NCBI GenBank assembly: GCA_043738765.1
Contig: JAYUFH010000074.1
Span: 1 to 44,385, forward strand
Length of the DNA: 44,385 nt
Direction: 5' to 3'
DNA from: Pseudomonadota bacterium
GTDB taxonomy: Bacteria; Pseudomonadota; Gammaproteobacteria; Acidiferrobacterales; UBA6901
The notes under the pieces were generated by a model. It had not been told where the DNA came from, did not search any database, and saw only the letters and a program-made list of their open reading frames with translations. The position numbers were made by a program, and so were the translations under genes. This document shows positions 26,925-36,089 of the stretch, piece after piece. How positions within the stretch are numbered: the stretch's first letter is position 1; every line of letters begins with the position of its first letter.

Positions 26925-28343
26925 TTAGTGCGCGCCAACCGGAATCGCGACGGTAACGGGTTTCACGCCCGCGATGGTCTTCCAGATGTTATACGCCATG
27001 ATCAACATGCCGCTGAGGAAGAAGACGCCCCCCACGAAGCGCACGATGTAAAACGGATGCATCGCCTGCACCGATTCGACAAAGCTATAGGTCAGCGTTC
27101 CATCCTGGTTGACGGCGCGCCACATCAGGCCCTGCATGATGCCCGCGATCCACATGGAGGTGATGTAAAGGACAATGCCGATGGTCGCCACCCAGAAATG
27201 CGTCTCCACCAGCTTGAGGCTGTGAACTTCCCGGCCAAAGAGTTTCGGGATGAGAAAGTACATGCTGCCTATGGAGATCATCGCCACCCAGCCGAGGGCG
27301 CCGGAATGCACATGGCCGATGGTCCAGTTGGTGTAATGCGACAGGGCGTTCACCGTCTTGATGGCCATCATCGGCCCTTCAAAGGTGGACATGCCGTAGA
27401 ACGACAGCGATACGATGAGGAACTTAAGAATCGGATCGGTACGCAGCTTGTCCCAGGCACCGGACAAGGTCATGATGCCGTTGATCATGCCGCCCCAACT
27501 CGGTGCCAGAAGAATCAGGGAGAACACCATGCCCAGGGACTGGGTCCAATCCGGTAGCGCGGTGTAATGCAGGTGATGCGGGCCCGCCCAGATGTAGGTG
27601 AAAATCAGCGCCCAGAAATGCACCACCGAAAGTCGATAGGAATACACCGGCCTGCCGGCCTGCTTGGGCACAAAGTAATACATCATGCCGAGAAAACCCG
27701 CGGTGAGAAAGAAGCCCACGGCGTTATGGCCGTACCACCATTGCACCATGGCGTCCTGGACTCCGGCATAGGCCGAGTACGACTTCATCCAGCTCACTGG
27801 CACCGCGGCACTGTTGACCACATGCAGCACCGCCACGGTGAGAATGAAGGCGGCGAAAAACCAGTTGGCAACATAAATATGCGGCGTCTTGCGTTTGACG
27901 ATGGTGCCGAGAAAAACCACCGCATAGCTTATCCATACTATGGCGATGAGGATGTCGATGGGCCACTCAAGTTCGGCGTATTCCTTGGTGGTGGTGTAGC
28001 CCAGGGGCAGGGAGATGGCGGCGGCGACGATCACTGCCTGCCAACCCCAGAAGGTGAAGGCCGCCAGCCGGTCGCTGAACAAACGCGTGTGGCAGGTGCG
28101 CTGCACAACATAATACGAGGAGGCAAACAGTGCACAACCCCCGAACGCGAAAATGACCGTGTTGGTGTGCAGCGGACGCAGGCGGCTGAAGGTTATATAA
28201 GGGATGTCAAAATTTAACAGCGGCCAGGCCATTTCAGCGGCAATGTAAACACCCACCAGCATACCCACGATGCCCCATACGATGGTCATAATGGCGAACT
28301 GTCGGACTATTTTATAGTTGTAGGTCGTTGCTTGAGCGGACAT
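26925..28343 (-). CDS. ccoN: cbb3-type cytochrome c oxidase catalytic subunit CcoN
   Basis: 472 aa, 12-TM heme-copper oxidase. Motifs [16 protein letters not shown] and [12 protein letters not shown]. Confidence 0.95.
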   Translation of the reverse strand: MSAQATTYNYKIVRQFAIMTIVWGIVGMLVGVYIAAEMAWPLLNFDIPYITFSRLRPLHTNTVIFAFGGCALFASSYYVVQRTCHTRLFSDRLAAFTFWGWQAVIVAAAISLPLGYTTTKEYAELEWPIDILIAIVWISYAVVFLGTIVKRKTPHIYVANWFFAAFILTVAVLHVVNSAAVPVSWMKSYSAYAGVQDAMVQWWYGHNAVGFFLTAGFLGMMYYFVPKQAGRPVYSYRLSVVHFWALIFTYIWAGPHHLHYTALPDWTQSLGMVFSLILLAPSWGGMINGIMTLSGAWDKLRTDPILKFLIVSLSFYGMSTFEGPMMAIKTVNALSHYTNWTIGHVHSGALGWVAMISIGSMYFLIPKLFGREVHSLKLVETHFWVATIGIVLYITSMWIAGIMQGLMWRAVNQDGTLTYSFVESVQAMHPFYIVRFVGGVFFLSGMLIMAYNIWKTIAGVKPVTVAIPVGAH

Positions 28344-28489
28344 GCGCTCCCCCCGTTTTTTAGGTTAAAGGCTGGTCAAAAAAGTGCGTATATTATCAAA
28401 TAATGAAACTCTTATATAGAGATTCCATGGCCCAATGGGGATAGGCCCACTGCCAGGACGGCAGCATAAAGTGCTTTTTCTAGATCACA

Positions 28490-28503
28490 TTGACGTCCAT
28501 CAA
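28490..28503. promoter_or_regulatory. FNR/Anr-type box upstream of ccoN
   Basis: TTGAC-GTCC-ATCAA matches TTGAT-N4-ATCAA at 9 of 10 positions. It lies about 150 bp upstream of the ccoN ATG. A TATGCT hexamer on the minus strand sits near 28465, about the spacing expected for a class II FNR promoter. Confidence 0.6.
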
Positions 28504-28620
28504 ATAAGTGGCCATATCAGCACCGGGGTTGTTATCCAACCCCGCCTAACGGCTATTCACACTGCCTATCTATTAGATGAAATATCCGCTGACCTTGGTC
28601 GCGGGGGAACGCCAGCAGGT

Positions 28621-28649
28621 AAAACACCGAGCGGTGCCGCGCACCACTC
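28621..28649 (-). terminator. Intrinsic terminator after the Yip1-family gene
   Basis: Minus-strand RNA: GAGUGGUGC / gcg / GCACCGCUC (9 bp, one G-U) followed by GGUGUUUU. It lies between the Yip1 stop (28668) and the FNR box. Confidence 0.6.
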
Positions 28650-28667
28650 AGTGTCCGAGTTAATCGG

Positions 28668-29276
28668 TCAACTAACATTTATAAAGGAAGGGGCCAGGCC
28701 ACCGACATCCCACAACACCACGGTGGCGGCCAATACCCCCACCAGCATCACCAGGCCCACGCCCAACACGGCGCTGGCAAAGAGAAAACCCCGTTCCTGG
28801 GATATCTTCATCATGATAGGGACGCCGGTGTAGAGCAGGTAGACCGTGTAGGCCAAGGCCACCAGGCCCACCAGCAGGTTAAGCCACGGTATCGGATACA
28901 ACAACATGATCCCTGTCAGGAATAAGGGGGTGGCCGTATACGCCGCCAGGGCGATGGACTGCGGCAAATTTTGTTTGGCGCCATAGGTCTGACTCATCCA
29001 ATGGATGGACTTGCCCATGATAAATACACCCACCAGCAAGGTGATGTAGGTCAAGGCCGATATCTGCAGCGCGCTCTCGGTGCTCAGGCGCACGGACTTG
29101 GTACCGATCACCCAGCCCACCTTGGTGGTGCCGAAAAAATAGGCAATGACAGGAATGGCGGCGAGAAACAATACGTGGGAGCAGTAACATTTGCCGACGG
29201 TGCAATGTTCATCTCGAATCGATTTCCACTCCACTTTGGGTTGCACCAGCAACCCCCACACGTGCGTAAGCAGCAT
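28668..29276 (-). CDS. Yip1-domain membrane protein
   Basis: 202 aa. N-terminal MLLTHVWGLLVQPKVEWKSI..., then five TM helices, typical of the bacterial Yip1/YIPF family. Confidence 0.65.
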   Translation of the reverse strand: MLLTHVWGLLVQPKVEWKSIRDEHCTVGKCYCSHVLFLAAIPVIAYFFGTTKVGWVIGTKSVRLSTESALQISALTYITLLVGVFIMGKSIHWMSQTYGAKQNLPQSIALAAYTATPLFLTGIMLLYPIPWLNLLVGLVALAYTVYLLYTGVPIMMKISQERGFLFASAVLGVGLVMLVGVLAATVVLWDVGGLAPSFINVS

Positions 29277-29830
29277 AGATCACACTCCTAGTATAAATTT
29301 CATTGTCGACGGCTGGTTTAAGGCTAACGTTGGTTTTTCAGTCTTGCACCGCTTAAAAAGAATGTCCAGCGGTAGCAGCACTTCATGGCGAAATTTGACT
29401 ATCTCCAGATACCCGCCGCCCTGATGCCCTTGTCCGTCACGACACAGCGATGCTCAGCATTTACCCTCGGCGTTGCTTGTGCCTGCCTGTAAACAGCCAT
29501 CAGCACTGTAGGCACATGTCGTTCAAAATCCAGATCCCAGGCCACGGGCAGACACGGCAGGAAAAGCGTACAATCGCCGCAGGCCGTTTTTTTGGGAAAG
29601 GATGGCGGGAAGTATTTCTACGGGCCGGTTAGCGCGACGCAGGGCCTGCATCACTGAACACCTTATGTTCGCGTGTGTCGAACGTCGTTGACTCGGTCGG
29701 CCACCCAGCTCCCGCTCGTTAAACTGCGTGCGTGCCGACCCTGGATCTTACCCGACTATTTTAGTCTGATGCCAACGCCCACTGAATTAAGACACACCGC
29801 TACCGATCGACCTTCATTGCCCACTGCCCC

Positions 29831-32308
29831 ATGACCCTGACGCCGGCATCACCCTCCGACTGCTACCATTGCGGCTTACCTGTCCCTCGGGGCAGCAGCT
29901 TTCGCGTCGCCATTAATGGAGAATCCCGGACCCTGTGCTGCGGTGGCTGCGCCGCCGTGGCCGCGGCCATCGTCAACAGTGGCCTGACGGATTTTTACCG
30001 TTACCGCACCGAGGCCGCCCCCACCGGCCGTGAACTGGTGCCCGAGTTTCTGCGGCAAGCCGCCCTCTACGACCATCCGGAGATCCAGAAAAGCTTCGTG
30101 CACGCCGAGTCCGACACCCTGCGCGAGGCCTCGCTTATCCTCGAAGGCATCACCTGTGCCGCCTGCGTGTGGTTGAATGAACGTCACCTGGCGAGCCTGC
30201 CCGGCGTGATCTCCGCGCAGATCAACTACGCCACCCACCGGGCACGCGTCCGCTGGGACGACAGCCGCATACACTTGAGCGCGATTCTTCAGGCAGTGAG
30301 CCGCATCGGTTATCTCGCCCACCCTTACAATCCAGATCGGCAGCAACAGATATTGGAGAACGAACGCAAACACAAATTGCGCCGCCTGGCACTCACGGGT
30401 GTGCTCGGCATGCAGGTGATGATACTCGCCGTGGCGCTTTACTGGGGGGCATGGACAGGCATCGAAAGCGAGTACGCCAATTTCTTCCGCTGGGTCAGTT
30501 TGTTCCTGACGCTGCCAGTGGTGCTGTATTCCGCGCAGCCCTTTTTTTCCGCCGCCTGGCGCGACGTGAAACACCTGCGCACCGGCATGGACGTGCCCGT
30601 GTCCCTCGGCATACTGCTGGCCTTCGTCGGCAGTGCCTGGGCGACGATCCATGGCGGCGGCGAGGTCTACTATGACTCCGTGGTCATGTTCGTGTTTTTT
30701 CTATTGGCAGCGCGCTATTTCGAACTGACGGCGCGCAAGCACGCCGCCGAAGCCTCCGAGGCCCTGGTGCACATGACACCGGCCATGACGACACGCCTCA
30801 CCCATGACGGCGAGGAGTTGATCCCCGTGGCGCAACTCAGGCCCGGCGATCGCGTCCTGGTGCGCCCCGGAGAATCCATACCGGCGGATGGCAAGGTGCT
30901 TGCGGGTTGCTCCACGGTGGACGAATCGCTGCTCACGGGCGAAAGTCTTCCGTTGCCCAAGGACGTTGGCGCCAACCTTATCGGTGGCAGTCTCAACATC
31001 GAGAGTCCTTTGCAGATGATGGTCGAGCGCACCGGACAGGACACCACCCTCTCCGCCATATTACGTCTGCTCGATCGCGCGCAAAGCGAGAAGCCCGCCA
31101 TCGCCCAGCTGGCGGATCGCGCCGCCGCCTGGTTTGTCGCCGCCGTGCTGGTCGCAACCGCCCTGGTGGGCTATTACTGGTGGCAGGCGGGCAATCCACA
31201 CTGGTTGCAGATCCTCATCAGCATGCTGGTGGTTACCTGCCCCTGCGCCCTGTCGCTCGCCACGCCCACCGCCGTGACCGCGGCCACCGGCGCACTCACC
31301 CGCCGCGGCCTGCTGACTACCCGCGGCCATGCCCTCGAAACCCTGGCCACAGCCACGCACTTCGTGTTTGACAAAACCGGTACCTTGACCCAGGGACGCC
31401 TGCAGGTTTACGACGTCGCGACTTTCAACGCGGTGTCGCGCGCCGATGCGCTCGCCATCGCCGCCGCCCTGGAACACCACTCGGAACACCCCCTGGCCCG
31501 CGCTATTCTTCAGTCCGCCCAGGATGCGCCACGGCTGTCTGCCCGGGACGTCGTCAATACCCCCGGCGCCGGCCTGCAGGGCAGCGTCGATGCGCAAAGG
31601 TATTACATCGGCACCCCGGCCTTCGTCGAGCAAAGCATCGGTCTCCGCATACCGCCCGCGACGCGGCTGGCGCTGCAGCAAAGCGGACATACGGTGGTAT
31701 TTCTGACGTCGACGCAGAAACTCATGGCGGCCTTTGTCATCGGTGATGAGATTCGTCCCGCTGCCTCGACCCTGATCAAGGCGCTGCAGCAACGCGGTCG
31801 TCACGTGCGCATGCTCACCGGCGATCATGCCCTGGTCGCCGAACGCATCGCCACCGCTCTGGGCATCACAGAATGGGCCGCCGATCTCAAACCCGGTGAC
31901 AAACTCGATTATATCAAACGCCTGCAGGACACAGGGGCTGTCGTCGCCATGGTAGGTGATGGGATAAACGATGCCGCGGCACTGGCTGCCGCTCACGTGT
32001 CGATCGCCATGGGCAGTGGTGCACAAGTGGCCGCGGCCTCCGCCGATATGATTTTACTCTCCGGGCGTCTCGACAATCTGGCCTACGCCCTGGACAAGGC
32101 GGACAAGACACTGCGCATCATCCGGCAGAATTTTTATCGCGCGCTGGTCTATAACTTTCTCGCCTTGCCCGCCGCCGCCATGGGTTATATCCCGCCCTGG
32201 CTGGCGGCCATCGGCATGTCCGCCAGTTCCCTCATGGTGGTACTGAATGCCCTGCGTCTCGTCGACCGCAACCCATCGACACCTGCCCAACCTCAACCCG
32301 GCGCCTGA
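29831..32308 (+). CDS. ccoI: Copper-translocating P1B-type ATPase CcoI/FixI
   Basis: N-terminal CYHCGLPV...CCGGCAAV, HMA domain GITCAACVWLNE, TGES, CPC (VVTCPCALSLATP), DKTGTLT and GDGINDA. Confidence 0.92.
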   Translation: MTLTPASPSDCYHCGLPVPRGSSFRVAINGESRTLCCGGCAAVAAAIVNSGLTDFYRYRTEAAPTGRELVPEFLRQAALYDHPEIQKSFVHAESDTLREASLILEGITCAACVWLNERHLASLPGVISAQINYATHRARVRWDDSRIHLSAILQAVSRIGYLAHPYNPDRQQQILENERKHKLRRLALTGVLGMQVMILAVALYWGAWTGIESEYANFFRWVSLFLTLPVVLYSAQPFFSAAWRDVKHLRTGMDVPVSLGILLAFVGSAWATIHGGGEVYYDSVVMFVFFLLAARYFELTARKHAAEASEALVHMTPAMTTRLTHDGEELIPVAQLRPGDRVLVRPGESIPADGKVLAGCSTVDESLLTGESLPLPKDVGANLIGGSLNIESPLQMMVERTGQDTTLSAILRLLDRAQSEKPAIAQLADRAAAWFVAAVLVATALVGYYWWQAGNPHWLQILISMLVVTCPCALSLATPTAVTAATGALTRRGLLTTRGHALETLATATHFVFDKTGTLTQGRLQVYDVATFNAVSRADALAIAAALEHHSEHPLARAILQSAQDAPRLSARDVVNTPGAGLQGSVDAQRYYIGTPAFVEQSIGLRIPPATRLALQQSGHTVVFLTSTQKLMAAFVIGDEIRPAASTLIKALQQRGRHVRMLTGDHALVAERIATALGITEWAADLKPGDKLDYIKRLQDTGAVVAMVGDGINDAAALAAAHVSIAMGSGAQVAAASADMILLSGRLDNLAYALDKADKTLRIIRQNFYRALVYNFLALPAAAMGYIPPWLAAIGMSASSLMVVLNALRLVDRNPSTPAQPQPGA

Positions 32309-32312
32309 TCCC

Positions 32313-32510
32313 ATGGATATCATCTTTCTGCTCATTCCCATCACCCTGGTCATTACCGGCCTGATCGTCTGGGCCCTCATGTGGGCGATCAAGTCCGGGC
32401 AGTTCGATGATATGGAAGGGCCGGCGCACCAGATTCTGATGGAGGAGGATGAGGTGGTGGATGAGGCAGAGCACGCCGCGGCGCAAAAAAAGAAAAATAC
32501 GCAGCTGTAG
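32313..32510 (+). CDS. ccoS: cbb3 oxidase maturation protein CcoS/FixS
   Basis: MDIIFLLIPITLVITGLIVWALMWAIKSGQFDDMEGPAHQIL is the CcoS signature. It starts 5 nt after the ccoI stop. Confidence 0.9.
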   Translation: MDIIFLLIPITLVITGLIVWALMWAIKSGQFDDMEGPAHQILMEEDEVVDEAEHAAAQKKKNTQL

Positions 32511-32877
32511 CCATTTTCCCGCTGGTGATAACCGAGCCTACACCCTTACACATGCCTTCGCGGATATCCGTCGGACTGCAACGCTGCAACCACTTTCTGT
32601 AAGCTGAAGCATAAAACTGCAGTTATCAAGATTTATAACTGTACCTTGGCGTGCTTCATCCTGCGACCCGTTGCCAAGTCTGTCCCGGATCCCAATGTCT
32701 GCTTTTCGGCGATTCGACAGGCTGCACCCGCCCCAAAGTTGCCTATCGCCGCGTTCGCGACGAACGACCTTTTCTCGCCTCATAACGGACAGTCGGACAT
32801 AGTCTTTTCTTCTACCCGAAAAATGGACGGATGAGTGCCTCATTTGGGTGCCATCACTAATTACTTACCAATTGTTC

Positions 32878-33315
32878 CTATCTGATCCAACCCTTGCGCT
32901 CGGCCCACTTCGAATACCAGACCAAAAACACCGCCACCACCAGCGGCATCAGAATAAACATCGTGATCTCGACGGGACTAAACTTTATTTTTGAACCGGT
33001 CATGCCAAGGTAAGGAATCATATGAACGATCATGCCGAGTAGCGACACGATAAACAAATAGGTCGCAGCCGACTTCCCGAGCAGAAGCAGAAGGCAGCCA
33101 AGCACGCCGCCGAAAACGGCTATCGCAAAAGCTCCGGTGGCCCACACGGGTCGGCCTTCGACGATTGCGCGTTGCGACTCGGGCATTGCAGCGAGCACGT
33201 CTGCATTCATCTGCTTGAAGAAATTTATGCCGCCCATTACATCCCAGATCAGCGCTACAACGCCGATTGCCCAGAAACTCCAGTGAACACCTCCAACGGT
33301 CTTATCATTCATCAC
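32878..33315 (-). CDS. Four-TM membrane protein, unknown function
   Basis: 145 aa, four hydrophobic helices. Co-directional downstream of the ArsR-SRPBCC pair. AT-richer than its surroundings. Confidence 0.6.
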   Translation of the reverse strand: MMNDKTVGGVHWSFWAIGVVALIWDVMGGINFFKQMNADVLAAMPESQRAIVEGRPVWATGAFAIAVFGGVLGCLLLLLGKSAATYLFIVSLLGMIVHMIPYLGMTGSKIKFSPVEITMFILMPLVVAVFLVWYSKWAERKGWIR

Positions 33316-33383
33316 ATCCTCCTATTGCTTGTTATTCTTTTGCCCGGGTGCATGTGCATCAACATCTTCCGCTCACCGCTCAA

Positions 33384-33887
33384 CTACGTATTTTCTGTCT
33401 GTAACTCCACAAGCATCTCATCTAGTATTGCGTATCCGCTACCCCAACCCTTATCCATACGGGCCATAACCCTGGCAAAACAGGCGATCTCGGCGTCTGT
33501 GGCTTCAATAGGTACCTGAGTCAGGCGCACATTTGTTTTGTCGCCCATGTCCTCAAATGTCACAATCGTCAGAAGTACTCGGGGCCAATCCGCCATCATC
33601 GGGCTGGCGATGATGTTCCAATCAGAATCTGAAGAAGAATGATGCCAAACCAGTTTCTCAGGTTGCGTAACTTCCTGAAAAACCATTTTGCTGAAATCGG
33701 ACTTGCCACCCCACTTCATCTCGTTGAGCCACAATCCGCCGGGTTTTAAGTCAAATTTGTGGATGATCGTTTCTACGTTGGGGCCATACCAACGGTGCAA
33801 AAGTTTAGGATCGGTCCAGGCGCGCCAAACCAATTCGCGCGGTGCGTCGAAAGTGCGATCCAATATATATTCTGGCAATTCACTCAT
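33384..33887 (-). CDS. SRPBCC/AHSA1-family protein
   Basis: ILDRTFDAPRELVWRAWTDPKLLHRWYGP... is a typical Aha1-like SRPBCC N-terminus. Eight-nucleotide overlap with the arsR-family gene. Confidence 0.8.
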   Translation of the reverse strand: MSELPEYILDRTFDAPRELVWRAWTDPKLLHRWYGPNVETIIHKFDLKPGGLWLNEMKWGGKSDFSKMVFQEVTQPEKLVWHHSSSDSDWNIIASPMMADWPRVLLTIVTFEDMGDKTNVRLTQVPIEATDAEIACFARVMARMDKGWGSGYAILDEMLVELQTENT

Positions 33888-34251
33888 GGCCTGTTTCCTT
33901 CGCCTCGGCTTGTTTCATATTGAGGAGGACGTTATCGAGTTGGTCAAAGCTCGTCCCCCAGAAAGCTTTAAATTCAGTCAGCCAAGCGACCGCAGCTGCC
34001 ATCGTTTCGGCTTTCAATTTGGCAGGGCGACGTTGTTCGTCAATATCCCGCTCGATCAGTCCTGCTCTTTCCAGTACTTTCAGATGTCTTGATACCGCTG
34101 GTTGGCTCATTTCAAACGGTGCTGCGATCTCATTTACCGAAGCCTGACCATCTGCAAGTCGCGATAGTATTGCCCGTCGCGTCGGGTCAGCGAGGGCTGC
34201 AAAGATAGCGTCTAAATTAGACTGTGGATTTGTATAACCATGTTGTTCCAT
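33880..34251 (-). CDS. ArsR/SmtB-family transcriptional regulator
   Basis: IFAALADPTRRAILSRLADGQASVNEIAAPFEMSQPAVSRHLKVLERAGLI (winged HTH). Confidence 0.88.
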   Translation of the reverse strand: MEQHGYTNPQSNLDAIFAALADPTRRAILSRLADGQASVNEIAAPFEMSQPAVSRHLKVLERAGLIERDIDEQRRPAKLKAETMAAAVAWLTEFKAFWGTSFDQLDNVLLNMKQAEAKETGHE

Positions 34252-34266
34252 AACTAAATGGTTATA
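34233..34266. promoter_or_regulatory. 9-bp perfect inverted repeat bracketing the arsR-family start codon (candidate operator or start-codon hairpin)
   Basis: TATAACCAT (34233-34241) and ATGGTTATA (34258-34266), with a 16-nt spacer containing the ATG (34251-34249, minus strand). Confidence 0.35.
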
Positions 34267-34601
34267 TAAATATTTGGCCGTGTCAACAGTTTTTTTGAAT
34301 CAATCTAAGCTCAATGACCGTTTTGGGCCTCATTCTGGCCATTCCACTAGTTGCGGTTTAATAACAACCTTGGGCCGTGATGAGACATATCCATATGGTT
34401 AGGCTGCGGACAATATACTTAACATATCTTTATCGGAATTTATTTACCCGATAACACTTTATCCAGGGATCGATCTGACTATCATCCAGCTTAACGTCCT
34501 CACCGTATGCCAGGGCCCCAGCGTTCTGCTGAGTCGGCGGTGGGACGCGAATCCTGCTTAAAATGCGCTGATTGACGATCCAGGGATACTTTCTATTCTA
34601 T

Positions 34602-34613
34602 TGTTTATAAACA
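34602..34613. promoter_or_regulatory. Perfect 12-bp palindrome TGTTTATAAACA, candidate TetR operator
   Basis: Lies 64 bp upstream of the TetR-family ATG (34677) in an AT-rich spacer. Confidence 0.4.
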
Positions 34614-34676
34614 GACTATTTCCCAGTGTCTGCTCCTGGCTTGACGCCACATAACTTAGTTGCTACAAACTTAGTT

Positions 34677-35303
34677 ATGACTAATAAAAAACGCAAACGC
34701 CTGAGCTCGGAAGAACGCCGCGACCTCATCGTGCAAAAGGCCATCGGGTTATTTTCCCGCCAGGGGTTCCGCGCCACCCGGGTCAAAGATATTGCCGAGG
34801 CCGTCGGTACCAGCGATGCCCTGGTGTTTCAGCACTTTCCGACCAAGCGCGAACTGTACGACGCCATCCTCGAACACCTGTGTGCGCGTAAACATTTCAC
34901 CGAAGTGGAGCAGCTGCTCTATTACACCGACCACTACGACCTGGAGGATGTGCTCACCCGCCTGTCCGCCTGGGTGCTGGAAAAAACTGAAACCGATCCG
35001 GCATGGTTGCGCCTGATTCTCTACGCCGCCCTCGAACAGGATGACAGCGCCCCGGAGCTGGTCAAAGAACATTTTCAACGCATCATCGATTACGTCGCCT
35101 ACGAAGTAGACGAAGGCCAACAGGCCGGCCGTTTCAGGCCCGGCGATGCCCGGGCCTATGCCCGCAGTTTTTTTTCCGGACTCCTGGGCTTGGGACTGAT
35201 GCGCAGCGTGGCGCGCGACGCCGAGTATCGACATGACACGGCGCGCGACGCCGCGGGCATGCACGTGGCGGTGTTTCTGCGGGGTCTTGACGTCGCGCCA
35301 TGA
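34677..35303 (+). CDS. TetR/AcrR-family transcriptional regulator
   Basis: RRDLIVQKAIGLFSRQGFRATRVKDIAEAVGTSDALVFQHFPTKRELY (TetR N-terminal HTH). Start at ATG 34677. Confidence 0.88.
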   Translation: MTNKKRKRLSSEERRDLIVQKAIGLFSRQGFRATRVKDIAEAVGTSDALVFQHFPTKRELYDAILEHLCARKHFTEVEQLLYYTDHYDLEDVLTRLSAWVLEKTETDPAWLRLILYAALEQDDSAPELVKEHFQRIIDYVAYEVDEGQQAGRFRPGDARAYARSFFSGLLGLGLMRSVARDAEYRHDTARDAAGMHVAVFLRGLDVAP

Positions 35304-35368
35304 GCGCCAGGAAAAAGCTGGCTGGCAACCATCCGTTCCAGCCAATACGAAACACCGCATTGACCACC

Positions 35369-35435
35369 GTAGGGTGGGCATTGCCCACCAAAGGAAATCC
35401 GCCGACGCCACGTCTGGTGGGCGATGCCACCCTAC
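35369..35435. repeat. REP-like inverted pair (each arm itself near-palindromic)
   Basis: GTAGGGTGGGCATTGCCCACCA (35369-35390) and TGGTGGGCGATGCCACCCTAC (35415-35435) are near reverse complements (one indel, one mismatch). Confidence 0.6.
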
Positions 35436-35542
35436 AACACCGGGTGAACCGCGGGGAGTACGCCAATGGCGACCCGCTGCTCCAGCCCGATGCGTAGCAG
35501 GATTCGTTTCATCAACCGCAACATCGACCAAGGAGAAATACC

Positions 35543-35767
35543 ATGAACACCATGACACTCGATTGTGCCGGCCTCAACTGCCCCCTGCCCATCCTGCGTC
35601 TGTCCAAGGCGGTCAATGGCATGGCCAGCGGGGCGCGCGTGGAAATGATCGCCACCGACCCGGGCGCGCTTAAAGACGTCAGCGCTTGGGCCAAACAGAC
35701 CGGCAATAATTTACTGGAGTCGACAGAGGATGGCGGGCAATTCCGCTTCGTCATCGTCAAAGCATAA
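35543..35767 (+). CDS. tusA: TusA/SirA-family sulfur-carrier protein
   Basis: 74 aa. LDCAGLNCPLPILRLSKAV contains the conserved CP.P active-site Cys motif. Alpha/beta two-layer pattern. Confidence 0.8.
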   Translation: MNTMTLDCAGLNCPLPILRLSKAVNGMASGARVEMIATDPGALKDVSAWAKQTGNNLLESTEDGGQFRFVIVKA

Positions 35768-36023
35768 ACTGCGGCAAGTGACAGCCGCGCCACCATCCAA
35801 CCACGCGGTTTGGTGGTGGCGCGGAGTCGTATCAGGCAAGACCGTATGCGCGCCCTGGCCGTTCCTCGCGGAGTCCCACGCTGCGCGCGCAAGCGTTACG
35901 GCATGCAGGCTGGGTTTTGCCAACTCCTTCCTGCCCTGCCTGCAGCGGACGGAAAGCAAGGCAGACACTCGCGCCAGCATCCAACCGGATATCGGATAAT
36001 CCTTGCGCCAAAAGCAGACACTG

Positions 36024-36055
36024 AAAAAACACCCACAATCAAAAAATCGTGGGTG
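36024..36055 (-). terminator. Intrinsic terminator after the 5'-nucleotidase gene
   Basis: Minus-strand RNA: CACCCACGA / 8-nt loop / UUGUGGGUG followed by U6 (plus-strand A-run 36024-36029). Confidence 0.8.
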
Positions 36056-36089
36056 CGCAAGTGGCCTAATGAGGAGAGAAATGGCCAAA

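Noticed and set aside
29277-29830. ORFs in the Yip1-ccoI spacer: 77 aa at 29191-29424(+), 60 aa at 29450-29632(+), and a minus-strand frame without an ATG reading ...ACGDCTLFLPCLPVAWDLDFERH...
   Set aside because: No ribosome-binding sites and no family motifs. The Cys-containing frame has no usable start giving more than 48 codons. The T7 run at 29588-29594 lacks a convincing preceding stem.
32538-32843. 101-aa minus-strand ORF in the AT-rich spacer after ccoS.
   Set aside because: Arg-rich with no motif and no Shine-Dalgarno. It lies in what looks like a non-coding border of the ArsR islet.
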